This document shows positions 17,873 to 28,639 of a stretch of DNA of 64,000 bases, in pieces. The DNA is from Lachnospiraceae bacterium. GTDB lineage: Bacteria; Bacillota; Clostridia; Lachnospirales; Lachnospiraceae. The notes under the pieces were generated by a model that had not been told where the DNA came from, searched no databases, and saw only the letters and a list, made by a program, of their open reading frames with translations. Within the stretch, counting starts at the first letter, position 1; every line of letters starts with the position of its first letter. Both the position numbers and the translations under genes were made by a program. The DNA lies in NCBI GenBank assembly GCA_017614155.1, contig JAGACK010000047.1, positions 29,096 to 93,095 on the forward strand, given 5' to 3'.

Positions 17873-18570
17873 GACTGAACAAGTTTCTTTCTGCATACGG
17901 TGTCTGTTCGCGAAGGATGGCTGACAGGTACATAGAAGAAGGAAGGGTTACTGTAAACGGAAGAGCGGCTGACATCGGCGAACAGGTGGAGCCGGCAAAA
18001 GATGAGATCTGCTTTGACGGGAAAAAGATCGAAAACAGACCGGAAAGGGTCGTCGTGGCATATCATAAGCCGGCCGGAATTGTGTGTTCAACGGTTGCTC
18101 AGGGAAAGGAAAAAAATGACATTGTATCCGCACTTGGCCTTGATATGCGGGTTTTTCCGGTCGGAAGGCTGGACAAGGACAGCACAGGCCTCATCCTGCT
18201 TACAAATGACGGTGATATGACGGATGTAGTTTTAAGGTCGGAGGGCGGGCATGAGAAGGAATATGTGATACGTGTGACCGGGGATTTTTCCGATGAAGAG
18301 CTTGTGATGATTTCAAAGGGCGGGATAAAGCTTGATGGAGAAAGAAGGACGAAACCCTGCAGCATACACAGAACGGCTCCCGGAGAGTATGATATCGTAC
18401 TCACAGAGGGGATGAACAGGCAGATACGGAGGCTGTGCGAATATTTCGGGAAAGAGATCGTTTATCTGCACAGGATCAGATTTATGAATATCACGCTGGA
18501 CGGCCTGAAGGAAGGCGAATACAGATTTTTGAGCAGAGAGGAGACAGATGGGCTATTTAGAGGAATATGA
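17869..18570 (+). CDS. pseudouridine synthase, RsuA/RluB family (S4 domain plus catalytic domain)
   Basis: MRLNKFLSAYGVCSRR S4 motif. Catalytic GRLDKDSTGLILLTNDG. EGMNRQIRR. Confidence 0.9.
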   Translation: MRLNKFLSAYGVCSRRMADRYIEEGRVTVNGRAADIGEQVEPAKDEICFDGKKIENRPERVVVAYHKPAGIVCSTVAQGKEKNDIVSALGLDMRVFPVGRLDKDSTGLILLTNDGDMTDVVLRSEGGHEKEYVIRVTGDFSDEELVMISKGGIKLDGERRTKPCSIHRTAPGEYDIVLTEGMNRQIRRLCEYFGKEIVYLHRIRFMNITLDGLKEGEYRFLSREETDGLFRGI

Positions 18571-20557
18571 TGAACTGAAAAAAACAATAAAGTACCACAT
18601 GGGCAGGTATTATGACGAGGACAGCCCTGAGATATCCGACCGGGAATATGATGAGCTCATGATGAGGCTGAAAAAGATCGAAAAGGAGCATCCCGAGCTC
18701 GTAAATGAGGATTCGCCGACCCGTATCATCGGAGGAAGCACAAAAAGGGAAGCAGGTGTAAATGTAGAACATGATGTGCCGATGCTGTCGATACAGGATG
18801 TTTTCACAAAGGAAGAAGTGGCTGAATGGATAAGTGAGGTGAAAAGCCTTCATCCGGATGCGCTTTTTGATGTTGAGCAAAAGATAGACGGTCTTTCCAT
18901 GAGCATCAGGTATGAAAACGGAAGGGTCATTATGGCTGAGACCAGAGGGGACGGCCTGATCGGTGAGGATGTTACAAAAAATGCACTCGTTATCGATGAT
19001 GTTGTAAGGGAACTTGCGGTGCCTCAGGATTATCTTGAAGTCAGGGGCGAGGTATATATGACCCATGAGAGTTTCGAGAGGACAAATGCCGAACAGGAAC
19101 TGTACGGCAGAAAGATATTTGCCAATCCGAGAAACTGTGCAGCCGGAACCCTGCGGCAGCTTGACAGCACTGTTGTAAGACAGAGGGGCCTTTCCATGTT
19201 TATCTTCAACGTGCAGAAAGGCAGCGATGAGTATATGACTTCTCATGCGGAGGCGCTCGAAAAGCTCTCAAAGGTTCAGGGGATGAAAACGGTGCCTTCA
19301 AGGATCTGCCGGGATGTCGCTGAAGTAATGGAAGAGATAGACCGTATCGGGTCGCTTCGGGGACAGCTCCCTTATGATATAGACGGTGCTGTCGTAAAGG
19401 TTGACAATGTTGCCTACAGGGATGATTTTCCTGCAGGGAGCAAGTATTCTGCAGGGCATATAGCATATAAGTATCCTCCGGAAGAGAAGGAAAGCGTGAT
19501 CAGGTCGATAGAGCTGTCTGTCGGGATGACCGGAAGGATAAATCCTACCGCTGTCTTTGATCCCATAAGGCTCTGCGGGACTGCTGTTTCAAGGGCAACC
19601 CTCCACAACCAGGATTTTATTGATGAGCTCGGCATAGGGATAGGCCAGACCGTCATAGTTTATAAATCCGGAGAGATCATACCGAAGATAAAAGGCGTTA
19701 ACAAAGACAAGGCTCCGAAGGACGGAAAGGTGTTTCGGATCCCGGACACCTGCCCTGTGTGCGGACATCCTGTAAGGCGTGAAAAAGACAGCGCAGACCT
19801 GAAATGCGTCAATCCCGAATGCAGCGCAAAGCTAATGAAAAGGATAGTGAATTTTGTCAGCAGGGATGCCATGGACATAAAGGGCCTTGGAACGGAGTCG
19901 ATAAAAAGCCTTTTGGAAGAAGGCTATATACATGATATCAGCGATATCTATACCCTGAAGGACAAACGTGAGGAACTGATCGAAAAGGGGATCGTGGGAA
20001 AGGAAAAGAACACCGCAAAGCTCCTTGAAGCCATCGAAGCATCAAAACAGAATCCGCCGGAAAGACTGCTGACCGGACTGGCGATCGAAAATGTCGGCAG
20101 GACTTCCGCAAAAACCATCATGAGACATTTCGGGTCGATTGATCTTTTGATGGCGGCAGGGCTTGAAGAACTCACAAATGTAAGAGATGTCGGGGAGGTT
20201 ACTGCAGCATCTATCCATGAGTTTTTCGCCAATGGGGATATAAAAAAGCTTATGGAAAGGCTGAAAGATTATGGCCTGAACATGACCTCTCAGGATGGCG
20301 GACAGGGAGATGATATTCTGGCAGGGAGGACCTATGTCATAACGGGAGATCTTGTCCGCTTTGCGAAAAGAGAGGATCTGGTCCTTCTTATTGAAAAGCA
20401 CGGCGGGAAAGCTTCGGGCAGCGTCTCAAAAAAGACCTATGCCCTCATCAACAATGATGCTTCTTCCAATTCGGGCAAGAATAAGAAAGCAAAGGAACTG
20501 GGGATACCTGTGATCACCGAAGAGGAATTCCTGGAAGAACTGGGAGATATTCCATGA
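18548..20557 (+). CDS. ligA: NAD-dependent DNA ligase
   Basis: YYDEDSPEISDREYDEL, adenylation Lys in EQKIDGLS, Cys4 zinc finger CPVCGHPV..CVNPEC, HhH and C-terminal BRCT (GRTYVITG). Confidence 0.95.
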   Translation: MGYLEEYDELKKTIKYHMGRYYDEDSPEISDREYDELMMRLKKIEKEHPELVNEDSPTRIIGGSTKREAGVNVEHDVPMLSIQDVFTKEEVAEWISEVKSLHPDALFDVEQKIDGLSMSIRYENGRVIMAETRGDGLIGEDVTKNALVIDDVVRELAVPQDYLEVRGEVYMTHESFERTNAEQELYGRKIFANPRNCAAGTLRQLDSTVVRQRGLSMFIFNVQKGSDEYMTSHAEALEKLSKVQGMKTVPSRICRDVAEVMEEIDRIGSLRGQLPYDIDGAVVKVDNVAYRDDFPAGSKYSAGHIAYKYPPEEKESVIRSIELSVGMTGRINPTAVFDPIRLCGTAVSRATLHNQDFIDELGIGIGQTVIVYKSGEIIPKIKGVNKDKAPKDGKVFRIPDTCPVCGHPVRREKDSADLKCVNPECSAKLMKRIVNFVSRDAMDIKGLGTESIKSLLEEGYIHDISDIYTLKDKREELIEKGIVGKEKNTAKLLEAIEASKQNPPERLLTGLAIENVGRTSAKTIMRHFGSIDLLMAAGLEELTNVRDVGEVTAASIHEFFANGDIKKLMERLKDYGLNMTSQDGGQGDDILAGRTYVITGDLVRFAKREDLVLLIEKHGGKASGSVSKKTYALINNDASSNSGKNKKAKELGIPVITEEEFLEELGDIP

Positions 20558-21201
20558 AAAAGATCAACATGTTTTTGGCTGACTGGCTTGTTGCGGCGGT
20601 CTGGGGCATCCTGTTTCCGTTTGGAGAATCTGTCTGTGCAGTTATCATGCTGTTTGTGACTTCGTTTTTTGCTGTGCTGAACTACAGGGCAGCAAAAAAG
20701 ACCGTGACGCTTTTTTTATTGGATATAGATCTGATGGGGGCCTCGGTCTGCGGCATACTTCTGAATAATTTCTTTTTCATCAGGTTTGTCTATGCCGACA
20801 GGGACACGGTCAGCTCAATGGTCGTGATCATATTCCTGGCGCTGCTTTATCTGACCCTTGTCATGATCATTTCCATGGCCATAAAAGAGGCGGGACGCAG
20901 GCGGAGACGGCGGATCATCGACAGGCTCGCTTCATCGGATGATCGATCCTATCCGGAACCTGACGGGGAAGAGGAGGATTATTATGATGAGGAGGATGAA
21001 GAAGAAGACGAGGATGACGACGATGAAGGCTTCTTCCGTGAGAATGATTACAGGCAGGGATTTGAAACAGAAAGACGGGTACTTGAAAGTCTGAACCATA
21101 TAAGCGATAATGGAGATGATGATGATGAGGAACCGGATGAAGAAGCGGATGATGAATCTAAAGGACCTAAATTCAAGGTCATAAAAAAGGGAAAGAAATA
21201 A
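20554..21201 (+). CDS. hypothetical membrane protein with a poly-acidic C-terminal tail
   Basis: ATGA overlap with the ligA stop. About 4 TM helices, then RRRRRR, then a tail dominated by D/E (DGEEEDYYDEEDEEEDEDDDDEGFF..DNGDDDDEEPDEEADDES). No family recognised. Confidence 0.65.
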   Translation: MKKINMFLADWLVAAVWGILFPFGESVCAVIMLFVTSFFAVLNYRAAKKTVTLFLLDIDLMGASVCGILLNNFFFIRFVYADRDTVSSMVVIIFLALLYLTLVMIISMAIKEAGRRRRRRIIDRLASSDDRSYPEPDGEEEDYYDEEDEEEDEDDDDEGFFRENDYRQGFETERRVLESLNHISDNGDDDDEEPDEEADDESKGPKFKVIKKGKK

Positions 21202-21237
21202 AAGGGAAAACCACATTAAAAACAAGGAGGAAAGCGG

Positions 21238-21864
21238 ATGGAAGAACAAACGGCTGCTGTTGTAAAGGGAAACAGCGAAAATGACTCAAATGGTACCGTG
21301 AATGTGACAGGTGTGGCAGTGCCGGCAGTTACGGCATCACAGGCAGATCCGGGCAGAAAAAATGATGAGAACAATGGAACAGTTTCAAACGGAGGTATGA
21401 AAATGGCTGAACAGGCAAATAAAAACGAAGTGGCAGCAGTTGACATGGAAAAGATCCAGGAAATGCTCAAAAGGATAGAAAAGTCCAATAAAAAGCAGGT
21501 TGGCTGGGCACGTACTGCCGCTATATTCATGATCCTTCTTTTTGTGGTTATAGGCGGCGCTCTGATGATGGTTGTTCCCAAAGTCATTGATACCCTTTCA
21601 AATATCGATGTTGCTGTCAATTCCGCAAACGAAGTATTGATGGAGGCCGATGCTGCCATAAGCGATATCAACGAGATGAGCAGGAGCCTCACAACCACAA
21701 GTGATGAACTGAACGCCATGCTTTCCCAGAATTCCGAGGCTCTGGCAAGCGCCATTTCACAGATTGAGGCTATTGATTTTGAAAGCCTCAATAAAGCCAT
21801 AGTGGATCTTGAGACTACGGTTGGACCGCTTGCAAACTTCATGGGCAGATTTTCAAAGAAATAA
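21238..21864 (+). CDS. hypothetical single-pass membrane protein with a helical C-terminal domain
   Basis: RBS AAGGAGGAAAG upstream. Polar N-terminus, TM segment AAIFMILLFVVIGGALMMVV, then a helical segment rich in N/S/L/A. No family recognised. Confidence 0.6.
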   Translation: MEEQTAAVVKGNSENDSNGTVNVTGVAVPAVTASQADPGRKNDENNGTVSNGGMKMAEQANKNEVAAVDMEKIQEMLKRIEKSNKKQVGWARTAAIFMILLFVVIGGALMMVVPKVIDTLSNIDVAVNSANEVLMEADAAISDINEMSRSLTTTSDELNAMLSQNSEALASAISQIEAIDFESLNKAIVDLETTVGPLANFMGRFSKK

Positions 21865-21867
21865 AAA

Positions 21868-24800
21868 ATGATAACGATACTCAGAGGTCCTGCAGGCGCG
21901 GGGAAAACAACGCGCCTGTACAGGATCCTTTTGCAGGAAGCGCAAAAACACAGAGACAGGAATTTCATACTAAGCGTCCCCGAGCAGTTTACCCTGAGCG
22001 CCATGAGGCAGATCATGGAGATGAGTGATGTAAGGGGAATCCTGAATATAGATGTTTTAAGCTTCAACAGGCTGTCTTACAGGATATTTGACAGTACCGG
22101 CACGAAAAGATCCGAGATCATGGATGATACGGCAAAGAATCTCCTGATCAGGCAGATCGCATCCGAAAAAAAGGACAGCCTGAAGGTATTCGGAAATAAT
22201 CTCAACAGACAGGGCTATGTCAGCTGCGTAAAATCCGTCATATCGGAATTTGTGCAGTATGGATATGGCCTTTTTGATGTTGACGGAATGATCGAAAAGG
22301 TACGGGACAGGGAGCCGGCGCTTGCGGGCAAGCTTTCTGATGTGAGGGTGATATACGGTGAATTCCTGAACAGGCTCACAAAAGAGTATATGACCAGAGA
22401 GGAACTCCTTGTCAGAGCGGCAAAAGATGCAGTGAAGGCGGGTTTCCTGAAGGGAGCAGCTGTCTTCCTTGACGGGTTTACGGGATTTACCCCGGTTCAG
22501 TATGAATTTATTCAAAGCCTGTATGATATCACCGGAGAAATGTATGTAACGGTGACAGATGACGACAGCGGCGATCCGCTTTTTGAACTTGGAAGAACGA
22601 CTGTTGACCATCTGGAGCATATTTCACAGGGAAATATCAAAGTCGAGGAGGTAAATGACGGACAAATTGTAAGGTATGCAGATATGCCGGCATTTGAATT
22701 CCTCGGAAAAAACATTTTCAGAAGGACCGGAAAGTCCTTTGATGCGAATGAGTGCATAAGTTTTATTTCTGCTGAAAATATCGAAGAGGAAGTCAGATTC
22801 GTGCTTTCTAAGATCCGGGAGCTTGTATCGGATGGAGATTGCAGCTACAGGGATATGGCGATCATAATGGGAAACATCTCCGAGTATGCCGATATCCTGA
22901 AAAAAGAAGCCCTGCGATGCGATGTCCCTCTGTATATCGATATGACCAGGGGGATCGAATTCAACCCTTTTTCAAGGGTGCTGAAGTCTGCTTTAAGCTG
23001 CATCAGTGAGAACATGTCCTATGAATCGGTTTTTAATTTCCTGAAGACACAGATGACGGGAGTTTCGAAAAAGGATATCGACCTTGCAGAAAACTACATC
23101 AGAGCCTTCAGGATAAAAGGCATGGAAAGGTACAAAAAGGAGTTTGACTCGGTATATGAGGGTATCACGAATGAGACACTTGAGGCGGCTCAGCGTGTAA
23201 GGAAGCGTCTGGTCGAACTCCTGAAGCCTCTTTATGAGATCAGGAGATCATCTACTGCCCGTGTATTTACAACCGTGCTTTATGAACTGATATTGAATAT
23301 GTCTGCCGCCGGCTATCTTAATAACAGCGCTGCCGAATTTGAGGCAGGCGGCGACCCGGTCCGGAAAATGGAATTTGAACAGATATACGGGAAGATCATG
23401 GAACTGTTTGACAGGATAGTTTCCGTTATCGGTGACAGCCGCATGGATATAGAGGAATATGCACAGATACTGGAGGCAGGGCTTTCGGAGATAAAAGTGG
23501 GTACGCTTCCGTTGTCAAATGACTGCGTCAGCGCCGGTGATTTTGAAAGAAGCCGCTTTGGGGATATAAAGGTACTGTTCTTTATGGGCCTTTCGGAAAA
23601 CAATATCCCGTCAGCTCCCGCAAAGGGAGGAATCATTTCGGATATGGACAGACAGCTCTTAAAGGATAATGATTATGAGCTTGCGCCCACGGCTGCAGAA
23701 AAAGCGGCGACAGACAAATTCTATTATTACCTGCATATTCAAAAGCCCCGGCAGAAGCTGTATCTTTCGTATTCAGCAGTCTCGGGTGACGGGACGGCAC
23801 AGAGGGCATCTTATTTTATGAAAGAGACTCTGCGTCTGTTCCCGCGGTCCATGGTGGAAAAATATGACAGTCTGAAGGATGAGCGGCTCTTTGGTAAATC
23901 CGATGCCATGATAAAACTTGCAAAAGTCATAGGCTGCAACGAAAAAGCCTATGCTCTCTACAAAGCTCTTAAGGGGGAAAGAGATGCGGACAGGATAGTG
24001 GATGCCCACTATGCCGCTCCCTGCGATCGCCTGTCTGAGGCTGCGGCAAAGGCTCTGTTTGGCGGCGCAAAGCTTGAAAGCGCCAGTCAGCTTGAAAGAT
24101 ATGCAGCATGTGCCTATGCGCATTATCTGCAGTATGGTCTGAAACTTCGTGAGAGATTTGATTTTGAATTTGATGCAAGAGACATAGGGACGCTGCTTCA
24201 TGATATATTAAAAAACTATTCCGAAGAACTGAATGACAGGAAACTTACATTTGTAAGTGTTACTGATGAAGAGTCTGACAGTGTCCTTCGGGATATCCTG
24301 TCAGGGGCCGGGAATGAAAGAATAGAAAAGCTTTATGAGAGCAGCGCCAGAAACGCCTATATGAAAAAAAGGATCGAAAGGATCGCAGGAAGGACCGTTG
24401 ATACGCTGCGCTTTCAGGCACGTCAGGGAGGGTTTGTTCCTTCGGCTTTTGAAAAAAAGTTTACCTATGACGGCCTGAAGGGTTTTATTGACAGGATCGA
24501 CCGTTATGAAGACGGACAGGATGTTTATATTGATATTATCGATTACAAATCCGGCAGCAAAAAATTTGATTCTGACAGGATCTACTACGGCCTGGATCTG
24601 CAGCTTGTGATCTACATGTCGGCTGCCATGGATATTGAAGTTTCGCTTAAGGGAAAGGATGAGAGCGAAGTTCATCCGGCGGGACTCTTTTATTATCATA
24701 TAGATGATCCGGTGGTGGAACAGTTACCGGGTTCTTCAGATGAAGAAGTTGCCAGGCTGATCTACAGAGAACTGAAGCTTTCGGGGATCGTGAATTCGGA

Positions 24801-25110
24801 TGAGGCTGTGCTGACGGCATTCGACCGCGATATCCTGACAGAACAAAGCTCAGATGTCATTCCGGTGCGCCTGAACAGGGACGGCTCCGTCAGCGCGGCA
24901 TCCCGGGCGGCAACAGAGGATGATATCAGAAGGATGATGGAGCACACCGCTTGTCTTATCTCAACATTCAGGAAGTCTGTCAGGGAGGGGCTTATCAAAA
25001 AAGAACCATTTGATCTTGGCGGTGAAAATGCCTGTAAATACTGCAGTTTTCTGTCCATGTGTGACAGAGGGAAAAAAAGGAAGCTGAAAAAAGGCAATGG
25101 ATTATACTAA
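21868..25110 (+). CDS. addB: helicase-exonuclease AddAB, subunit AddB
   Basis: Degenerate Walker A GPAGAGKTT. RecB-type nuclease and Fe-S cluster cysteines at the C-terminus (..CKYCSFLSMC). Directly precedes addA. Confidence 0.9.
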   Translation: MITILRGPAGAGKTTRLYRILLQEAQKHRDRNFILSVPEQFTLSAMRQIMEMSDVRGILNIDVLSFNRLSYRIFDSTGTKRSEIMDDTAKNLLIRQIASEKKDSLKVFGNNLNRQGYVSCVKSVISEFVQYGYGLFDVDGMIEKVRDREPALAGKLSDVRVIYGEFLNRLTKEYMTREELLVRAAKDAVKAGFLKGAAVFLDGFTGFTPVQYEFIQSLYDITGEMYVTVTDDDSGDPLFELGRTTVDHLEHISQGNIKVEEVNDGQIVRYADMPAFEFLGKNIFRRTGKSFDANECISFISAENIEEEVRFVLSKIRELVSDGDCSYRDMAIIMGNISEYADILKKEALRCDVPLYIDMTRGIEFNPFSRVLKSALSCISENMSYESVFNFLKTQMTGVSKKDIDLAENYIRAFRIKGMERYKKEFDSVYEGITNETLEAAQRVRKRLVELLKPLYEIRRSSTARVFTTVLYELILNMSAAGYLNNSAAEFEAGGDPVRKMEFEQIYGKIMELFDRIVSVIGDSRMDIEEYAQILEAGLSEIKVGTLPLSNDCVSAGDFERSRFGDIKVLFFMGLSENNIPSAPAKGGIISDMDRQLLKDNDYELAPTAAEKAATDKFYYYLHIQKPRQKLYLSYSAVSGDGTAQRASYFMKETLRLFPRSMVEKYDSLKDERLFGKSDAMIKLAKVIGCNEKAYALYKALKGERDADRIVDAHYAAPCDRLSEAAAKALFGGAKLESASQLERYAACAYAHYLQYGLKLRERFDFEFDARDIGTLLHDILKNYSEELNDRKLTFVSVTDEESDSVLRDILSGAGNERIEKLYESSARNAYMKKRIERIAGRTVDTLRFQARQGGFVPSAFEKKFTYDGLKGFIDRIDRYEDGQDVYIDIIDYKSGSKKFDSDRIYYGLDLQLVIYMSAAMDIEVSLKGKDESEVHPAGLFYYHIDDPVVEQLPGSSDEEVARLIYRELKLSGIVNSDEAVLTAFDRDILTEQSSDVIPVRLNRDGSVSAASRAATEDDIRRMMEHTACLISTFRKSVREGLIKKEPFDLGGENACKYCSFLSMCDRGKKRKLKKGNGLY

Positions 25111-28100
25111 AGAACAGCAAAATGTAATAAATGCCCGGGGTACAAATGCACTGGTATCGGCTGCTGCAGGATCGGGAAAGACGGCCGTTATAGTTGAGAG
25201 GCTTATACAGCGGGTCATAAAGGACGGTATAAACATAGACGAGATCCTGCTCGTCACCTTCACGAAGGCTGCAGCTGCGGAGATGAAGGATAGGATCAAA
25301 GAGGCTTTTGAAAAAAAACTCGATGAGACCGACCCGAAGGACCCCTCCTTTCTGCATGTGGAAAAACAGTTTTCCCTCCTTTTCGGCGCGCCCATCGAGA
25401 CAATAGATTCCTTCTGCCTGGATGTGATCAGAAACAATTTTGATGTGATAGATCTTGATCCTTCCTTCAGGGTGGCAGATGAGGGAGAGATTGCGATGAT
25501 AAGGGCCGATGTCATGGATGCGCTGATGGAAAGACATTATTCGGCAGAAGAAGATGAGATTGGCTTTTATGATTTTCTGGAAAGCTTTTCAGTCAGAAAG
25601 TCAGATGCGGATATAACCGATGCTATAGATAAGATCCACGATTTTGCTGTTTCAAGACCCGATCCCGAAGGGTTCATAAACTCCGTTCTGTCAGTTTATC
25701 AGGCAAAGGATGAAAGTGACCTGAAAGACAGCAGGCTTTTTGCTGAAGCAGATGAACTGCTAAAAAGCAGGTTAACAGCGATCAAAAACGCCATGGAGAG
25801 GGCATGCGGTGTCGCCATGTCACCGGGAGGACCGCAGGGCTATCTTCCTTCTTTTGAAGAAGATGTCCGGATGCTTGAGGAACTTGTCCGGACTGAAGAT
25901 TTTGCATCGCTCTTTGAAAAGGCCTCAAAGGCATCTTTTTCAAGACTGTCCACGCGGAAATCTCCCGATGAGGACAAAAATGTCAGGGAAACGGCAAAAG
26001 CATTGAGAGATGCGGCAAAATCCGCATTTGATAAGACCAGGTCATCTTTTTTTGAAGGCACGATCGGGGACATCCTTCAGGAACTGAAGGATGGAAAAAA
26101 AGATGTAGCGGTGCTTTCGGGGCTTACCATGGAATTCCTGACGGATTTCAGGGAAGAAAAGAAAAAAAGAGCCCTGATGGATTTTTCAGACCTGGAACAT
26201 ACCGCCCTGCGTATACTGAGGGATGAAAAAGTACAGAAAAGATACAGGGATCGTTTCAGGGAAGTAATGGTGGATGAATACCAGGACTGCAACCGTATCC
26301 AGGAGGAGATATTCAAATGCGTTTCAAACGGAAACAATCTTTTCTGTGTCGGAGATGTGAAGCAGAGCATATATTCCTTCAGGGATGCGTGTCCGGATCT
26401 TTTTACCGGCAAGTATAAAAGCTATGAGAAGGGGGAAAACGGAAAGCTTCTCCTGCTGTCAAAAAACTTCCGCAGCAGACAGGCCGTCATAAATGCGACA
26501 AATGTAATATTCAGGAATATCATGCATTCGGAAGTCGGGGGAGTGGAGTATGACAAAAGGGTTTATCTGAACTATGGAGACATCTATGAACATGAGAATC
26601 CGGATGATACTACGGAGTATCTCCTGACAGCAGTGGATGATGAGTCGGGACTGTCACAGGAGGAAAACCAGGCGCTTTCTGTTGCAAAAAGGATACATGA
26701 GCTTGTCGGGTCCCTTGATATAGAGGACAGGAAGAAAAAACAGGTCAGAAAATGCAGATACGGTGATATCGTCATTATGATGAGAGGCCTTTCAGGGTAC
26801 GGTGATACATATGCGCAGATCCTGTCTGATAACGGCATACCCGTGTCCTTGGATAATAAAAGCGGGTATCTGTTTTCGGATGAGATCAGGACACTGATAA
26901 ATCTTCTGCTTGTGATAGACAATCCGAGGCAGGATATCCCTCTTGCCGGGGCGCTGCTCAGTGTCTTTGGAGATCTTGATGAAAGTGAACTGGCGCTCAT
27001 ACGTGCCGCATCTCCGGATACCTCGCTTTACGAGGCGCTTTCTGCCGCATCGGAAAACGGAAATAATAAGGCATTGGCCTTTCTGGACAAGATTGAAGGC
27101 TACACAAAGGCTTCATCCTATCTTTCAATGTATGAGCTGCTGACACTCATCATAAAGGATCACGGGTATGATAACATTGTCAGGGCAATGAAGAACGGAC
27201 AGCTTCGGCTGGCAAATCTGAACATGCTGCTTTTCAGGGCTTCCGAGTTTGAAAATACATCTTATAAAGGTCTGTTCAGCTTCATACGCTATATTGAGTA
27301 CATGAAGAAATATGATATAGATATGAAGGGCCCCTCGGAGGAGGACTCTGAAAAAGATGCAGTGAGGATCATGACGATCCACCATTCAAAGGGCCTTGAA
27401 TTTCCGGTTGTTTTTGTCTGCGGGATGCACAGGCAGTTCAATGAGACGGATATCAGGGAAAGACTCCTGACAGATGATGATCTGGGTATCGGAGCCGATA
27501 TCATCGATCTGAAAAGAAGGACAAAGAAAAAGACCTTTGTGAAAAAGGTCATTTCGCTGAAAAAGAAAATATCGCTTATCGGGGAAGAACTCAGGATCCT
27601 CTATGTTGCCATGACCAGGGCAGAGCAAAAGCTTATATTAACTGCGGCGCAGGCTCAGGATGGCAGCGGCAACGGATTGCAAAGATCGGCAAAGGCTGTG
27701 CCTGCAGCGGTTTCGGATGCCAATTCTTTCGGGAAGCTCATAGACTTTGCTTTCAGTATGGATGCCAATGTGGGAACATTTATCAGAAAAAACGCACAGA
27801 CAACGCAGGATCTTGTCATGGATGCCTTTGAGAAGGCTGAGGATGAAGTGTTTCTGAAAAAGGATTTTCTGCTGAAAGCCGAAGAAAGTGATGATGAGAG
27901 GGTAAAAGAGATATGTGATATGATCTCCAGGGATGCTGTTTTAGCCAGTCAGGCAGTGATTCCGGAAAAGCTGTCGGTCTCCTTCATCAAACATGAGGCC
28001 ATGGAGGAGGCGGGGGTCAGGATCGGCGTGGCAGAGTCCGAAAAGAATGTTCCGGTACCGCGCTTTATCTCGGGAACGGACATGGATCGGGATGATGTGA

Positions 28101-28618
28101 ATATCGGAGCAATCAGGGGAAGCGCGTATCATGCTGTTTTTGAGCACCTGGATTTTGGCAGGGCCGGCAGTGATGAAGACGTGGAAAAGATGATAGATGA
28201 ACTGAAAGATGCGGGAATACTTGATGAAATGGAAGCGGGACTTATCGATCCGCATGATATAGCGGCTTTCGGGTCAACGGATCTGTTCAGAAGGATGAAA
28301 GAGGCCTGTGAGAAGGGATGTCTTTTCAGGGAACAGCCTTTTGTTATCCTGGTCCCGGCATCCCAGATCGACCGGTCATATCCTGACGATCAGACGGTCA
28401 TGGTTCAGGGTATAATAGATGCATATTTCATTAAGGACGGAAGGGCTGTTATAATGGACTACAAGACCGACCGTGTAAGCGAAGGGGAAGAACTTGTGAA
28501 AAAATACAGAGCGCAGCTTGATTATTATGCAAAGGCGATCAGACAGCTTACCGGAATGGAAGTGTCCGGAGAAATAATATATTCCGTAACACTGGGAGAG
28601 GAAATCGTGATATCCTAA
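25097..28618 (+). CDS. addA: helicase-exonuclease AddAB, subunit AddA
   Basis: UvrD/Rep helicase motifs (AAAGSGKT, VDEYQD, TIHHSKGLEFPVVF, YVAMTRA). C-terminal RecB nuclease motif (GIIDAY..DYKTD). Confidence 0.95.
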   Translation: MDYTKEQQNVINARGTNALVSAAAGSGKTAVIVERLIQRVIKDGINIDEILLVTFTKAAAAEMKDRIKEAFEKKLDETDPKDPSFLHVEKQFSLLFGAPIETIDSFCLDVIRNNFDVIDLDPSFRVADEGEIAMIRADVMDALMERHYSAEEDEIGFYDFLESFSVRKSDADITDAIDKIHDFAVSRPDPEGFINSVLSVYQAKDESDLKDSRLFAEADELLKSRLTAIKNAMERACGVAMSPGGPQGYLPSFEEDVRMLEELVRTEDFASLFEKASKASFSRLSTRKSPDEDKNVRETAKALRDAAKSAFDKTRSSFFEGTIGDILQELKDGKKDVAVLSGLTMEFLTDFREEKKKRALMDFSDLEHTALRILRDEKVQKRYRDRFREVMVDEYQDCNRIQEEIFKCVSNGNNLFCVGDVKQSIYSFRDACPDLFTGKYKSYEKGENGKLLLLSKNFRSRQAVINATNVIFRNIMHSEVGGVEYDKRVYLNYGDIYEHENPDDTTEYLLTAVDDESGLSQEENQALSVAKRIHELVGSLDIEDRKKKQVRKCRYGDIVIMMRGLSGYGDTYAQILSDNGIPVSLDNKSGYLFSDEIRTLINLLLVIDNPRQDIPLAGALLSVFGDLDESELALIRAASPDTSLYEALSAASENGNNKALAFLDKIEGYTKASSYLSMYELLTLIIKDHGYDNIVRAMKNGQLRLANLNMLLFRASEFENTSYKGLFSFIRYIEYMKKYDIDMKGPSEEDSEKDAVRIMTIHHSKGLEFPVVFVCGMHRQFNETDIRERLLTDDDLGIGADIIDLKRRTKKKTFVKKVISLKKKISLIGEELRILYVAMTRAEQKLILTAAQAQDGSGNGLQRSAKAVPAAVSDANSFGKLIDFAFSMDANVGTFIRKNAQTTQDLVMDAFEKAEDEVFLKKDFLLKAEESDDERVKEICDMISRDAVLASQAVIPEKLSVSFIKHEAMEEAGVRIGVAESEKNVPVPRFISGTDMDRDDVNIGAIRGSAYHAVFEHLDFGRAGSDEDVEKMIDELKDAGILDEMEAGLIDPHDIAAFGSTDLFRRMKEACEKGCLFREQPFVILVPASQIDRSYPDDQTVMVQGIIDAYFIKDGRAVIMDYKTDRVSEGEELVKKYRAQLDYYAKAIRQLTGMEVSGEIIYSVTLGEEIVIS

Positions 28619-28639
28619 ATTGCAGGGAGAAAGAATCTG

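Noticed and set aside
20935-21172. Purine-rich GAN-repeat DNA, considered as a repeat array
   Set aside because: It is irregular and in frame, and it simply encodes the D/E tail of the membrane protein. It has no unit periodicity.
21216-22067. 283-aa minus-strand ORF
   Set aside because: It is antisense to the hypothetical gene at 21238-21864 and the addB 5' end. It has no RBS and a Ser/Ala-rich shadow composition.
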